Shown here: one piece after another, positions 7,598-16,965 of the stretch
Numbering within the stretch: position 1 is the first letter of the stretch
Layout: each line of letters opens with the position of its first letter
Source of the DNA: Acinetobacter phage Acj61
Length of the DNA stretch: 64,000 nt
Reading direction: 5' to 3' (one strand)
Sequence record: GU911519.1
Made by a program: the position numbers and the translations under genes
Notes under the pieces: generated by a model
Seen by the model: only the letters and a program-made list of their open reading frames with translations
Databases searched by the model: none
What the model was told of the DNA's origin: nothing

Positions 7598-9418
7598 TTA
7601 TGCCGACATCCATACTTTACGTGGTGCTGAGTCATTCCCAAGAAGCATTTCAAAATGTTCTTTCCAATTTTCAGGCAATTTGACTACATCATAATGAGGT
7701 TCATTGATGACCTTTTCATACTCATCCACTTCCAGTGAGCCCAACCCCTTGATGTATCGAGCGTTCCATCCTTTGAGTTCATCTTTAACTGCTTCGTACT
7801 CATCAGATGTATAAAACCATTTCTGTTCTTTACCTTTCTGACAAATCCAAACTGGAGTCTTGACGAATTTGATACGTCCTTGTTCAAACAGTTCTGGCCA
7901 ATTCGCAAAGAATGCAAGTAACGATGGGTAGATCGAGCCGGTACCATCGACGTCGGCATCAGTCATGATAGCGATATTTCGATAGTTAAGACCTTCAGCT
8001 TTCTCACCAAATACAAGTCCAGTGATTGCACAGATATCGAATGACTCTTTATTCTTCAAGATGTCACTTGGCAACATACCCCATGTGTTCATGAATTTAC
8101 CACGTAGAGGATAACCACCATGCAATTCACGATTACGAGTGGATAGTAAATAACCAATCGCTGAGTCACCTTCTGTCAAGAACAGAGTTGTTTCAATATC
8201 TTCTTTGCCATACGCATTGGCTTTGATATGTTTTGCAACCTTAGCACGAGATGCAGCTTTCGATGCCTTAGTTTCTGCAGCCTTTTCAGCAGCAAGTTTA
8301 CGAGCAAGTACTGCTTCAATGATTGGCATCAGAATTTCTTCTGAGTTGACAAACATACGAGCAAGTTTCTTGATATCGATGTCAATATGAGACTTGATTT
8401 CTCCCCACGGAGATGTCAAACGTTCTTTAGTTTGAGAGTCAAATCGCATGTTAGACATGTCACGTACAAACATAACTACTGTGATGCATTCTTTGATACG
8501 TGCTTTGTTGATGTCGATTTTGTGCTTGCGTTTGATTAATGGAATCATTTCATTTGCAAGTTCGTCCATCACGTAATCAATATGAGAACCACCATTTTTA
8601 GTATGGATGTTATTCACATAAGTTAATTGACGGAAGCCATCGTCTGAACGTCCAATACCAATTGCACATTTTTCAGTGTCCATGACCAACATGTGTTCAT
8701 CGAACTGTTTCGCATACTTTTTGAAGTTACCAATTACACGAGTACCATTGAACTTGAATGCGATGTCTGGATACACAACCGAAAGAGTTTGAAGTCTATC
8801 TTCAATGATTTTGATAACTTGGTCACCAATGATTTCACAATCAAAATGACTGAAGTCTGGTTCAAACGAAACACTTGTACCTTGACGTCCACCGGCTTTT
8901 GATTTCCAATCAATTGAATCCATGTTGTCTTTACACTTAACCGTGATTGTGTTAGTGCCATCACATGTGATACCGGTGAAGATTGTTGAGAAGATATTCG
9001 TTAATGAACTGCCTACACCGTTCATACCACCAGTTTTACGTTCAGAATCATCACCGAAGTTACCACCAGCTTTAGGACGAGTCCATGCAGCTACAGGACC
9101 AGGAATCTGTTCACCTTCAGGAGTTGTGATCATTGCTTGCGGAATACCACGACCATTATCTGAAACACTTACTAAATGAGGTGAAACAGTTACGTCGATT
9201 TTATTCGCAAATTGGAAATTCGTACGAATCGCTTCATCGATTGAGTTATCGATAATTTCATCAATGATTTTCACAAGACCTGGAACGTATTTGATCTTTT
9301 GGAATTGTCCGAATACAAATCGTTCGTGTTCTTCATTGGCACTTGAACCAATGTACATACCACTTCGCTTAATGATATGTTCTTTATCACTTAAGATTTT
9401 GATTTCGTTATTAATCAT
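7598..9418 (-). CDS. 39: DNA topoisomerase II large subunit, fused gp39+gp60 (GyrB-like ATPase + Toprim)
   Basis: 606 aa from MINNEIKILSDKEHIIKRSGMYIGS...; GHKL ATPase and Toprim motifs; GGAGA RBS before ATG 9418; track start 9478 is an upstream in-frame extension. Confidence 0.9.
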   Translation of the reverse strand: MINNEIKILSDKEHIIKRSGMYIGSSANEEHERFVFGQFQKIKYVPGLVKIIDEIIDNSIDEAIRTNFQFANKIDVTVSPHLVSVSDNGRGIPQAMITTPEGEQIPGPVAAWTRPKAGGNFGDDSERKTGGMNGVGSSLTNIFSTIFTGITCDGTNTITVKCKDNMDSIDWKSKAGGRQGTSVSFEPDFSHFDCEIIGDQVIKIIEDRLQTLSVVYPDIAFKFNGTRVIGNFKKYAKQFDEHMLVMDTEKCAIGIGRSDDGFRQLTYVNNIHTKNGGSHIDYVMDELANEMIPLIKRKHKIDINKARIKECITVVMFVRDMSNMRFDSQTKERLTSPWGEIKSHIDIDIKKLARMFVNSEEILMPIIEAVLARKLAAEKAAETKASKAASRAKVAKHIKANAYGKEDIETTLFLTEGDSAIGYLLSTRNRELHGGYPLRGKFMNTWGMLPSDILKNKESFDICAITGLVFGEKAEGLNYRNIAIMTDADVDGTGSIYPSLLAFFANWPELFEQGRIKFVKTPVWICQKGKEQKWFYTSDEYEAVKDELKGWNARYIKGLGSLEVDEYEKVINEPHYDVVKLPENWKEHFEMLLGNDSAPRKVWMSA

Positions 9419-9475
9419 GTTGTCTCCATTTGGATGGGTTGATAGTGTTATAATAAACCAAAAAGTTTGAAAGCA

Positions 9476-9498
9476 CAAAAGGAGCCGAAGCTCCTTTT
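9476..9498 (-). terminator. rho-independent terminator, UUCG tetraloop
   Basis: Sense GGAGC-UUCG-GCUCC-UUUUGUGCUUUC directly after lysozyme stop. Confidence 0.65.
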
Positions 9499-9499
9499 A

Positions 9500-10072
9500 T
9501 TATTTTTCGAAATATGCCTTTTCTTTAATTCGTCGATTAGTCAAGCCAGGAATAACTTGTAGTACTCCTTTAACACGACCTTTATTCCAAACTAAAAATT
9601 GTTCAGCTGCGCCTTTGTAATCTTTAGCATTGAGTTTCTTGATAAGTGTAGAACCACCGATCGCACCTACGCCGATATTGTAAGTCAATGAAACTAATGC
9701 ATCAAATTGATTTTGAGTTACAGGAACTTGAATGAGTGAACTAACAGCAGGTACGAATTTCTTAAGATCGTTTGCTTTAAACTCATTGGCTTGAGCTTCA
9801 GTACATGTATCGCCTTTGGCTACTTTCTTGCCATTTGGATACACTGTTGTACCATATCCGATTGTCCAAATTCCAACGCTATCAAGATATGCTGCCAAAC
9901 GAAGTCCTTCGAACTGTTTGATCAATGCAACGCCTGCGTCTGAAATCTGAAGCGCCTTCTGAGATGGTGTCATATTGTTAAGGATGACATTCATCTCATC
10001 GACTTCTGCTTGAGTTAATCCACTGCCTTTGAATTCGCGCAGTGCATCAAATACTGGTTTTGAGTTGTCCAT
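9500..10072 (-). CDS. phage lysozyme (GH24, P22 gp19/lambda-R type) with ~45-aa N-terminal extension
   Basis: IKQFEGLRLAAYLDSVGIWTIGYGTT catalytic motif; AAGGAAAT RBS; terminator hairpin 9481-9494 immediately downstream. Confidence 0.8.
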   Translation of the reverse strand: MDNSKPVFDALREFKGSGLTQAEVDEMNVILNNMTPSQKALQISDAGVALIKQFEGLRLAAYLDSVGIWTIGYGTTVYPNGKKVAKGDTCTEAQANEFKANDLKKFVPAVSSLIQVPVTQNQFDALVSLTYNIGVGAIGGSTLIKKLNAKDYKGAAEQFLVWNKGRVKGVLQVIPGLTNRRIKEKAYFEK

Positions 10073-10101
10073 AAATATTTCCTTAAAAGAAAGTATTTAT
10101 G

Positions 10102-10704
10102 TCATTTGGTCTCCTTTGAGATAAAGAGCATTGTTACAAAGGATTGATATTTGACGTCCTTTAAATCTTGCTCATGATACATAGCATAAAAGATACTCTT
10201 GCGTTTGAGTTCAAACAATTTGATGACATACTCAAGAGTCCAGATGTCTAGGCTGAGTTCATCGATATCTTCACGAATTTGTGTCAAGATAATCAACGCT
10301 TCAACTATTGCAGCTTTGAAGTCCTCACGATATTCAAGAGTTTCGACATGATCAAAGCCTTCAACCAATTTTGTCATGTTAGTGAGTGCTATGCGATATC
10401 GATTCAGCAATACACTTTTGTGGTATTGACGAGGCACTTCAGAAAGATTCATAACAATCTGATGGGTTGTGCCTGATATTGCATCAGCTAAGTTAAGATT
10501 GAGAGCATTGGCCATACTTAGGATACAAGCTAATGCATCTTCATATGATGACTGGCGACGCAAATCAGAAGCTGCGTACTTGTTCAAGTGGTTGACCAAA
10601 TGACTCAAGCGTCCCATCAAAGGCTTCGTATAAATGTCTACATGATACCGTTTATCATGCAACTCTTGGAAGTACTGCAATTCGAGTAAAGGGATAAATT
10701 TCAT
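10102..10704 (-). CDS. hypothetical protein (weak resemblance to all-alpha NTP pyrophosphohydrolases, unverified)
   Basis: ORF from MKFIPLLELQYFQELH...; start overlaps upstream gene stop (ATGA); acidic E..E / EDxL patterns only. Confidence 0.45.
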   Translation of the reverse strand: MKFIPLLELQYFQELHDKRYHVDIYTKPLMGRLSHLVNHLNKYAASDLRRQSSYEDALACILSMANALNLNLADAISGTTHQIVMNLSEVPRQYHKSVLLNRYRIALTNMTKLVEGFDHVETLEYREDFKAAIVEALIILTQIREDIDELSLDIWTLEYVIKLFELKRKSIFYAMYHEQDLKDVKYQSFVTMLFISKETK

Positions 10705-11018
10705 GCTGCTAAAGGCTCCGCTAATTTGGCTGAGGCAGATTTGACTGGAATCATTGCCATAGCGCAAGCAGGCAATGGGTCGACTTCACGGAAATATTGA
10801 CGACATGCTGACCAGATATTCACGTTTACATCAATAGTACCATCGCCGAATTCAACTCCCATTATATTGCCGAATGCATCAACAATGATTGGAACTATTA
10901 CTTTGCCTTTAGCCATGATATCAAGAACAAGAGGCAAATAGGTTATAGAACGTTTTTGGAACCCGTCTTTATCAACGAGTTCATACATTTGGCCTTGGAT
11001 AAATTTTTCAGTAGACAT
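10701..11018 (-). CDS. hypothetical protein
   Basis: 105-aa ORF; stop overlaps next start. Confidence 0.45.
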   Translation of the reverse strand: MSTEKFIQGQMYELVDKDGFQKRSITYLPLVLDIMAKGKVIVPIIVDAFGNIMGVEFGDGTIDVNVNIWSACRQYFREVDPLPACAMAMIPVKSASAKLAEPLAA

Positions 11019-11019
11019 C

Positions 11020-11262
11020 TTAAATCTCCTTGTAAATCGTGGTACCTTCGTCAGTAATATGACGAACTGCTACAAAATCGATTTCATCATCTTTGATGAC
11101 GAAAAGAACTTGACTAGTTTCTAGGTGATTATGAAAGTGCTTTTCAACAACCGTTAATTCTGGATTCATGAGAATTGCTTCGAATTCTTCAACTGAGATT
11201 TCAACAGTGTTTGAAGGTTTAGGCATTTTGTTCACTTTAGCGATAAGTTGTTGTTTGTTCAT
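11020..11262 (-). CDS. hypothetical protein
   Basis: 80 aa; preceded by the conserved leader/RBS repeat (GAGGAAATCAC ATG). Confidence 0.5.
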   Translation of the reverse strand: MNKQQLIAKVNKMPKPSNTVEISVEEFEAILMNPELTVVEKHFHNHLETSQVLFVIKDDEIDFVAVRHITDEGTTIYKEI

Positions 11263-11264
11263 AG

Positions 11265-11294
11265 TGATTTCCTCAATTTGATTAATGATTTGAT
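11265..11294 (-). repeat. conserved leader+RBS repeat (copy 1 of 3)
   Basis: gatttcctcaatttgattaatgatttgata = sense ...TATCAAATCATTAATCAAATTGAGGAAATC-ATG; also 30489-30523 and 35463-35492. Confidence 0.85.
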
Positions 11295-11340
11295 AGAACT
11301 ATTATACACCAAAAATGACCAGATGTAAACCATCTGGTCA
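11290..11340 (-). promoter_or_regulatory. early promoter cassette with -35 in stem-loop
   Basis: accagatg-taaac-catctggt hairpin 11317-11339; TTTACA - 17 - TATAAT (11301-11306). Confidence 0.6.
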
Positions 11341-11352
11341 TTTATTTTTACT

Positions 11353-11622
11353 TTATTTTAATTGCATTCGATACAGTTCGATAATTTTACATATCATAGC
11401 AAATGGTGCTACGTCAGAGTATTTGTCGTAGACTTTGATGCATGGTGCTCCAATAGTAGCATCGATATTGAGAATCATATGCAAAGAGTCATAAAGATGT
11501 GGTATATCAAATGACTCAGCGGCTGATGAGTTCAATCCAGCCTTAATGACCTCATCACGAATATTGTCTTTTGATGTTTTGAACCAACTTACCAATTTGG
11601 TCAATTCGTCAGTATGGATCAT
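11353..11622 (-). CDS. hypothetical protein
   Basis: 89 aa; start overlaps dexA stop (ATGA-type coupling). Confidence 0.45.
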   Translation of the reverse strand: MIHTDELTKLVSWFKTSKDNIRDEVIKAGLNSSAAESFDIPHLYDSLHMILNIDATIGAPCIKVYDKYSDVAPFAMICKIIELYRMQLK

Positions 11623-12290
11623 GTCGATCTCCGCTTCTTAACTGTCTGAGGGTCTGTGTCTTCAGGCTCAGGCATGGTTTCAAGTCCTAAAGCATAACGT
11701 TGTGCAGTCTTCAGCATGATAACGTCTTTTGCACAGTCATGAATCGAGTCATGTGCAACGAATCCAGTCAAGACACCATTACGCAGAGGTGTCATCGATA
11801 ATCCACGAGTCAATGCTAAAGATTCGATTGCAGTACGAATATCACGTTGTGCCCAGAACTTGACAGGTTCAAAGTCTTCAGTTACGTCAGTCTTAAATGT
11901 TTGACGAATCATGTCAACTAAGATCGGGAAGTCAAATGACATTCCACGGCACCAGCCTTGGGATTTCCATGCGTTAACACCTGATTTTTTCAAGTAATCG
12001 AGCAATTGTGGAATTGCTTCTTCAACTGTCAAATCTTCAGGCGATGCCTTTAAGTTTTTCTTGGCAGCTTCATCTTGCTCTTTCCACCAGGCAATAGTTG
12101 ACGCCATAGTGGTTCGTACACCTTTCTGAGATTGCAGATTCAACTTGAATCGACGACCAGCATTACACAAATCATTGAATGATTGTACTACAGTAGGGTC
12201 AGAGTCAAATACAACAACTGAGATGTCAACAACAATTGAATCAGGACGTGAACCAAGAGTTTCTAAGTCAATAATAAAATCTTTAGCCAT
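11619..12290 (-). CDS. dexA: exonuclease A (3'-5' DEDD exonuclease)
   Basis: MAKDFIIDLETLGS...SQKG...KSQGWCRGMSFDFPILVDMIR...FVAHDSIHDCAKD aligns with T4 DexA; GGAGAGCCAC RBS. Confidence 0.88.
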   Translation of the reverse strand: MAKDFIIDLETLGSRPDSIVVDISVVVFDSDPTVVQSFNDLCNAGRRFKLNLQSQKGVRTTMASTIAWWKEQDEAAKKNLKASPEDLTVEEAIPQLLDYLKKSGVNAWKSQGWCRGMSFDFPILVDMIRQTFKTDVTEDFEPVKFWAQRDIRTAIESLALTRGLSMTPLRNGVLTGFVAHDSIHDCAKDVIMLKTAQRYALGLETMPEPEDTDPQTVKKRRST

Positions 12291-12301
12291 GTGGCTCTCC
12301 T

Positions 12302-12631
12302 TTAAAGTCCGTTAGCTTTAGGGTTTGTGCGTTCTTCGTATTTTTTGAAGATGTCAATCAATACGAAATATGTGTTGCCATCAGTCATATTGATCTTGGC
12401 TTCGTTAGTTCCAATTATATCATTGATCAACTTAGCATCTTCAATTCGCTGTTGCAAATCACGAATAAAACGAGGAAGCTCGACGTTTCCATAACCAGTT
12501 TGAGCAATGAATGTTTTATCTAAAACACGTGCCTCATTGATCTCTTGCAAACGTGCAACTAAGATTTCAACCGACTTAACAGAGAATGTTTGAAATGGTC
12601 TCATTATTCGCCACCTGTCATGAAGTTCCAT
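12302..12631 (-). CDS. hypothetical protein
   Basis: 109-aa ORF, gene-dense early region. Confidence 0.4.
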   Translation of the reverse strand: MELHDRWRIMRPFQTFSVKSVEILVARLQEINEARVLDKTFIAQTGYGNVELPRFIRDLQQRIEDAKLINDIIGTNEAKINMTDGNTYFVLIDIFKKYEERTNPKANGL

Positions 12632-12855
12632 TCACCTGAATATTGGATGACAATCGAATTCAAATCAGCTGCTAAGCTAAATGGAATCGTAACAGTCGCT
12701 TGGTCTTCACAGAAATTTAACGTTTCACGCAAATTGTAAAAAGGCTGAAATGCATAAAACACATTGCGAACGAAATCATTCTCGTCAGTCTTGTTGTCTA
12801 ATACCCAACGTAAAAGAGCCATGATTCGGTTCAACGCTTCATAAGGTAAGTTCAT
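12604..12855 (-). CDS. hypothetical protein
   Basis: 83-aa ORF overlapping neighbours by short stop/start overlaps. Confidence 0.4.
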   Translation of the reverse strand: MNLPYEALNRIMALLRWVLDNKTDENDFVRNVFYAFQPFYNLRETLNFCEDQATVTIPFSLAADLNSIVIQYSGEWNFMTGGE

Positions 12856-13199
12856 TGGATAGCTCCTAATTGTTTTGGTGTGGCATTCATTGTGCGAACG
12901 TATGCATTATGAAGCTCAACAGGTATTGTACTTGCATCAACTTCTAAGAAGCATTCGTATACCCAGTCAGACAAAACTACGTCATCCGATGGTGTATATC
13001 GAAAATCGTTTAGCACAACATATTTAGTGGCTACTCGATCGATTTCAGGCGTTGAGGCATGACGATCAATGGTTGACCCAACAGCTAATATCCCGATGAA
13101 GTCTCCTATTTCGACATCACCAAGACGAACGCCTTCTTTCCTTTTGATGCATTGGTAAATGTGGCCAAGCTTAAATTCGGTTACATTAGATAGTTTCAT
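12852..13199 (-). CDS. hypothetical protein
   Basis: 115 aa; promoter cassette 13216-13258 upstream. Confidence 0.45.
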   Translation of the reverse strand: MKLSNVTEFKLGHIYQCIKRKEGVRLGDVEIGDFIGILAVGSTIDRHASTPEIDRVATKYVVLNDFRYTPSDDVVLSDWVYECFLEVDASTIPVELHNAYVRTMNATPKQLGAIQ

Positions 13200-13215
13200 A
13201 ATTTCTCCGATCTAT

Positions 13216-13258
13216 CTGACAGGACCATTATAACATAGCCCTGTCGAGAAGTAAATAA
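13216..13258 (-). promoter_or_regulatory. early promoter cassette, palindrome-flanked -10
   Basis: gacaggacc|attata|...gccctgtc; TTTACT (13250-55) - 17 - TATAAT (13227-32). Confidence 0.55.
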
Positions 13259-13260
13259 GT

Positions 13261-14589
13261 TTAGACAAAATAAACGTTATTTCTTGCACGAGTTGCACCT
13301 ACGTACAGAAGTTGCTGCGCTAAATCAGCATCTGCACTATGGATACATGGAGTGTACAAGAATACGTTGTCAACAGAAGTACCTTGAGATTTGTGAATAG
13401 TGCCACATGGTAATGCTTTGACTTTATGGAACTCTTTACGAAGGTCCCACCATCCAGACCAATTCGGACGTTTACCTGTGTTACTATTCTTGAACTCATA
13501 GGCAACTGCTGATAGATAATGTTGGAAGATTTTCATTTGTCTCTCATCTTCAATGACACAAATGGAATCTACAACATCTGTTTCGATTGCACGTAATTCA
13601 AGGTGCCAACATTTCACTACATCTTCTTGATCGATTCCTCGAATAGCAAGTCGTTTTGTGATTGGTTGACAGCTCAATACTCGAACTAGTTCGCCATTGT
13701 TGAATCGCACATCAGTAAATGATTTACCTTCAAATTTATGAGTACGCATTAAAGGCTCTTGCATAACTAAAACTTCATCATTGATGAATGGCACTTCAGT
13801 TTGATACAATTTACGACGAATGATTTTGTTCAAGTTGCCTACTGACTTGTTGGTGAAAGCAAGCATACGATTTTCAAACAAGTCTTCTGGTGTCTTGACG
13901 ATGTCAAAATACTTGTACATGAAATTAGCAACAGAGCCACCAGTTGGCAGAACCATGTCATGAACACCTTCACCGTTAAGTAAGCATTCACGAATCCATT
14001 TACCATGACGAATTTCTGTTGCAACTTCGATAATTGGTGCATTAGATCGCATAACTTCAGTCAATGCAACCTGTTCGAATTTTTCGTTCAAGAAGAATGC
14101 ACTAACTTCTGGAATATTCGAGTTTGGAGCTACAGGACGAATCTGTGCAATATCGCCAAGCCCGATGATAGTACACCAATAAGGCACAGAAGCCATTAAA
14201 ATACGAAAGAGTTCACGATCATACATTGAGACTTCGTCACAAATCAGAACACGACATTCACTCAAATCCGGTACATCGCTTTGTTCAAAAAGAGTTGCAT
14301 CTTCATAAGTTGTCGGGTTGATTTTAAGCAATGAATGGATCGTCTGAGCTTCCATACCTGCAAGTTTCGATAGAACTTTTTTCGCTTGGTGAGTTGGAGC
14401 TGCCAGCATAATTCCACTTTCACCAGTTCGAATCAAATGATTGATGAGAAACTTTGTTAGAGTAGTTTTACCAGTCCCAGCAGGTCCATTGATTGTGATG
14501 TGTTGACCTTTTGTTTTCATAGCTTCTAGAGCTGCATTAAATGCGTTCTGTTGGCCTTCAGTCAAATCATCAAATTGTAGATCAGTCAT
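13261..14589 (-). CDS. dda: Dda DNA helicase (SF1B)
   Basis: MTDLQFDDLTEGQQNAFNAALEAMKTKGQHITINGPAGTGKTT...LYVGATRARNNVYFV aligns throughout with T4 Dda; real ATG 14589 (track start 14628 is the ATG inside TATAATG). Confidence 0.9.
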   Translation of the reverse strand: MTDLQFDDLTEGQQNAFNAALEAMKTKGQHITINGPAGTGKTTLTKFLINHLIRTGESGIMLAAPTHQAKKVLSKLAGMEAQTIHSLLKINPTTYEDATLFEQSDVPDLSECRVLICDEVSMYDRELFRILMASVPYWCTIIGLGDIAQIRPVAPNSNIPEVSAFFLNEKFEQVALTEVMRSNAPIIEVATEIRHGKWIRECLLNGEGVHDMVLPTGGSVANFMYKYFDIVKTPEDLFENRMLAFTNKSVGNLNKIIRRKLYQTEVPFINDEVLVMQEPLMRTHKFEGKSFTDVRFNNGELVRVLSCQPITKRLAIRGIDQEDVVKCWHLELRAIETDVVDSICVIEDERQMKIFQHYLSAVAYEFKNSNTGKRPNWSGWWDLRKEFHKVKALPCGTIHKSQGTSVDNVFLYTPCIHSADADLAQQLLYVGATRARNNVYFV

Positions 14590-14640
14590 AATATTGTACC
14601 TAAAACGTTTAAAGTCATTATAAACCACTTAGCTCTAAAG

Positions 14641-14934
14641 CTAAGCAGTTATTTGTTTGACAAAGCAAGTGCGAGATTTCTGGACGAGTTCTTGGCGTAC
14701 CCAGTCTTCAAGCTTTGGTGGCTCAATCATTTCCATTTTAGAACGAAAGATGCTAACTCGAACTTTTTTGTACTTGATGACCGGATTCAAGATGTTGATC
14801 ACCTTTTCAACGTATTTAGCACACTGAGCACTTGCAACAGCTTTATTCGGAAATACGAGCATTCTGTCTTCGTCTTGAACTAAAATCTCATAGCCATCTT
14901 TGTCTTTGTAGAAAACTCCGTAATAGATTCCCAT
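14641..14934 (-). CDS. hypothetical protein
   Basis: 97 aa from MGIYYGVFYKDKDGYEIL...; ATGA overlap with upstream gene. Confidence 0.4.
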   Translation of the reverse strand: MGIYYGVFYKDKDGYEILVQDEDRMLVFPNKAVASAQCAKYVEKVINILNPVIKYKKVRVSIFRSKMEMIEPPKLEDWVRQELVQKSRTCFVKQITA

Positions 14935-14935
14935 T

Positions 14936-15322
14936 TTAGTCTCCAAATTTAACTTCTTTGCCTGACAAGTTGATTGTGAAGTTTTCACGAATGATTTCGC
15001 GAATTTGCTTGTCACATTCTTCTTGAATGATTCGTTCAACGTCAGTTCGGTTTGAGGCCCAGTAACCACGTTCTTTGTTCATCAAGTCATTGAGGTATTT
15101 CTTAGTCTCAGATCGAACCAAGTTCTCAATTGTTGACTTCACATTGAATGCTTTAAACAAAGTTTCAACACGTTTCTCAACTTGTTCTTGCACAGTTTCT
15201 TTGTACAAGTTCATGATTTCGGCACGTGATACATTGTTGCCTGCGATAATATTTTTGACGATTCGTTTAAATTTAACAATTTCAGTATTCATGATTGCTC
15301 CAAGTCTTTCATTTTCTGCCAT
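14936..15322 (-). CDS. hypothetical protein
   Basis: 128-aa charged ORF. Confidence 0.45.
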   Translation of the reverse strand: MAENERLGAIMNTEIVKFKRIVKNIIAGNNVSRAEIMNLYKETVQEQVEKRVETLFKAFNVKSTIENLVRSETKKYLNDLMNKERGYWASNRTDVERIIQEECDKQIREIIRENFTINLSGKEVKFGD

Positions 15323-15726
15323 AATTCATTCGTTTTACCACCATTACGATCAGGATGCAATGCATACAAAATACGTTGCCATTCCTTCCTGTTGAACTGA
15401 TTAGGACCTAAATTAACAGGCGATTCTTGCGAACTAGATTTCGGTGGAGTCCAGTTCTGATTTTTTACAGTTGCACGATGTCGTTCAAGCAATTCATTAT
15501 ATGCTCTCACATTATCATTATGTTCTTTCAAAATCTTTTTAGCTTTATGAACAAGCGTATTGTAATCATCGATCATGATGTCGTATGCTTCACGAAGATC
15601 AGTTCCATCATTCGTTCGGTATCGTCGTCGAAGTCGTACCATTTCTAGTTCAAGTGCACGAGACTTAAAGAAGTACACTGACGCTGCTATCGCTGTCAAT
15701 AAAAAGAGTGTGATAAAGAATTCCAT
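15289..15726 (-). CDS. membrane-anchored protein with C-terminal J-domain-like segment (HPD motif)
   Basis: N-terminal TM helix; C-terminal KEWQRILYALHPDRNGGKTNELWQKMKDL resembles DnaJ helix II-HPD-helix III. Confidence 0.45.
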   Translation of the reverse strand: MEFFITLFLLTAIAASVYFFKSRALELEMVRLRRRYRTNDGTDLREAYDIMIDDYNTLVHKAKKILKEHNDNVRAYNELLERHRATVKNQNWTPPKSSSQESPVNLGPNQFNRKEWQRILYALHPDRNGGKTNELWQKMKDLEQS

Positions 15727-15736
15727 TTTGATTTCC

Positions 15737-16681
15737 TCAAACTCTGTCAGTTAGATTATAAGCCATTTTTTGTTTAAGCACTTTGGTCATTGGAGCATCT
15801 AATGCAAGTCCAAGCTCTACACGATACTTGTCCATTTTGCTTAAGTTCTCAAATTTCTTGAGGCCTTCGGCTACAATCTCGAGTTTGCTGATCGTCACAT
15901 TGATTGCTTCAATGTTTTTCAAGGTTCCTTCCATTGCAGCTGTAGTTCCTTTAAGATCAGCAGTCCATTCAACAACTTTCGAATCAACAATGCGTACTTT
16001 ACAGAGACGTTTTTGGAGTCGTCCGATGAAGCCGTCGTAATTGTGAGATACTTTTTCAAGAACTTCAAGACGTAAACGTTGTGCTTCTAACGTATCTGTG
16101 ATATTGCGAACTTTAGACTTAGTATGCTTAGACGCTTTGGTTTCCCATTTGATGATTAACGCTTTGTTGTCTTCAATCGATGCTTTTACATGATTAATAT
16201 TGCGTTGAACACCTAATGCATGATCATGTGCTTTACGCCATTGTGCATGGCCCCATGCTGGGATTACCAGCTTTTCTTTAAACTCATATCGTGGCTCTTC
16301 AACAAAGTCTTCGATACGCTTTTTAAGGCATCCGATTTTAGCTTTGCATGAGTTGACAGCGTTAATTCGTGATTTGATTGATTCTTTATGAGTTTCAATT
16401 CGTGCTAAAACATCTTCTGTCGTGTTAAGATCAGAGCGTACTTTATTTAACTCTTGAGTTACGACGATAACATTACCATCTACATACCCAATGTCATTGT
16501 TCAGACGTTCGAAAGAGAATCCATTTGGACCTGTGGCTTTCAATTCAGTACCAGAATATGAGCAATGTGTTTGTGCTTTAAGATTGGCGAAATACGTGAA
16601 AGACATAGCAAATTCTTTACCACGTGACTTAGCTTGTTCAGCCTTTTTAGCATAACATAAAGCGATATCCAGTGTATTCAT
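15737..16681 (-). CDS. HNH_3-like domain protein with long C-terminal coiled coil
   Basis: N-terminal CSYSG...FSFERLNNDIGYVDGNVIVVTQELNK fits the [DE]RIDN..GY...N..V...N..K pattern of HNH_3/AP2-type endonuclease domains; remainder predicted coiled coil. Confidence 0.4.
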   Translation of the reverse strand: MNTLDIALCYAKKAEQAKSRGKEFAMSFTYFANLKAQTHCSYSGTELKATGPNGFSFERLNNDIGYVDGNVIVVTQELNKVRSDLNTTEDVLARIETHKESIKSRINAVNSCKAKIGCLKKRIEDFVEEPRYEFKEKLVIPAWGHAQWRKAHDHALGVQRNINHVKASIEDNKALIIKWETKASKHTKSKVRNITDTLEAQRLRLEVLEKVSHNYDGFIGRLQKRLCKVRIVDSKVVEWTADLKGTTAAMEGTLKNIEAINVTISKLEIVAEGLKKFENLSKMDKYRVELGLALDAPMTKVLKQKMAYNLTDRV

Positions 16682-16700
16682 AATAAGTTCCTCATTTTGT

Positions 16701-16745
16701 TGATAAGACTATAATAACACAACGAGAGGACAAAGTAAACTGTTT
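16701..16745 (-). promoter_or_regulatory. early promoter cassette (variant -10 TATTAT)
   Basis: tgataagactataataac; TTTACT (16735-40) - 17 - TATTAT (16712-17). Confidence 0.5.
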
Positions 16746-16927
16746 GAGTGATCAAAATATGATCGTATAAATAGACGTCTAAGAATGCTTTACGCCAGGA
16801 TGGTATATTATGACATTATAATAGTTCTGATGCTTCAGATGAGTACCTTAATGGGGAAGAAGATTGAATTTGATGAGCATTGATGTTTTTCGATGTTTAT
16901 TGAAGGGAGAGCAGCAGAAAGACAAGC

Positions 16928-16947
16928 ATGGGACCTTTCGGTCCCAT
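16928..16947 (-). terminator. rho-independent terminator
   Basis: atgggacc-tttc-ggtcccat then U-rich tract in sense. Confidence 0.5.
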
Positions 16948-16965
16948 TTGCGCAGCAATAATCTA

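Noticed and set aside
16766-16773. Perfect T4 late-promoter consensus TATAAATA on the plus strand
   Set aside because: A single 8-mer in AT-rich DNA is expected by chance. No plus-strand ORF or RBS follows it. Kept only as a note in the non-coding-gap finding.
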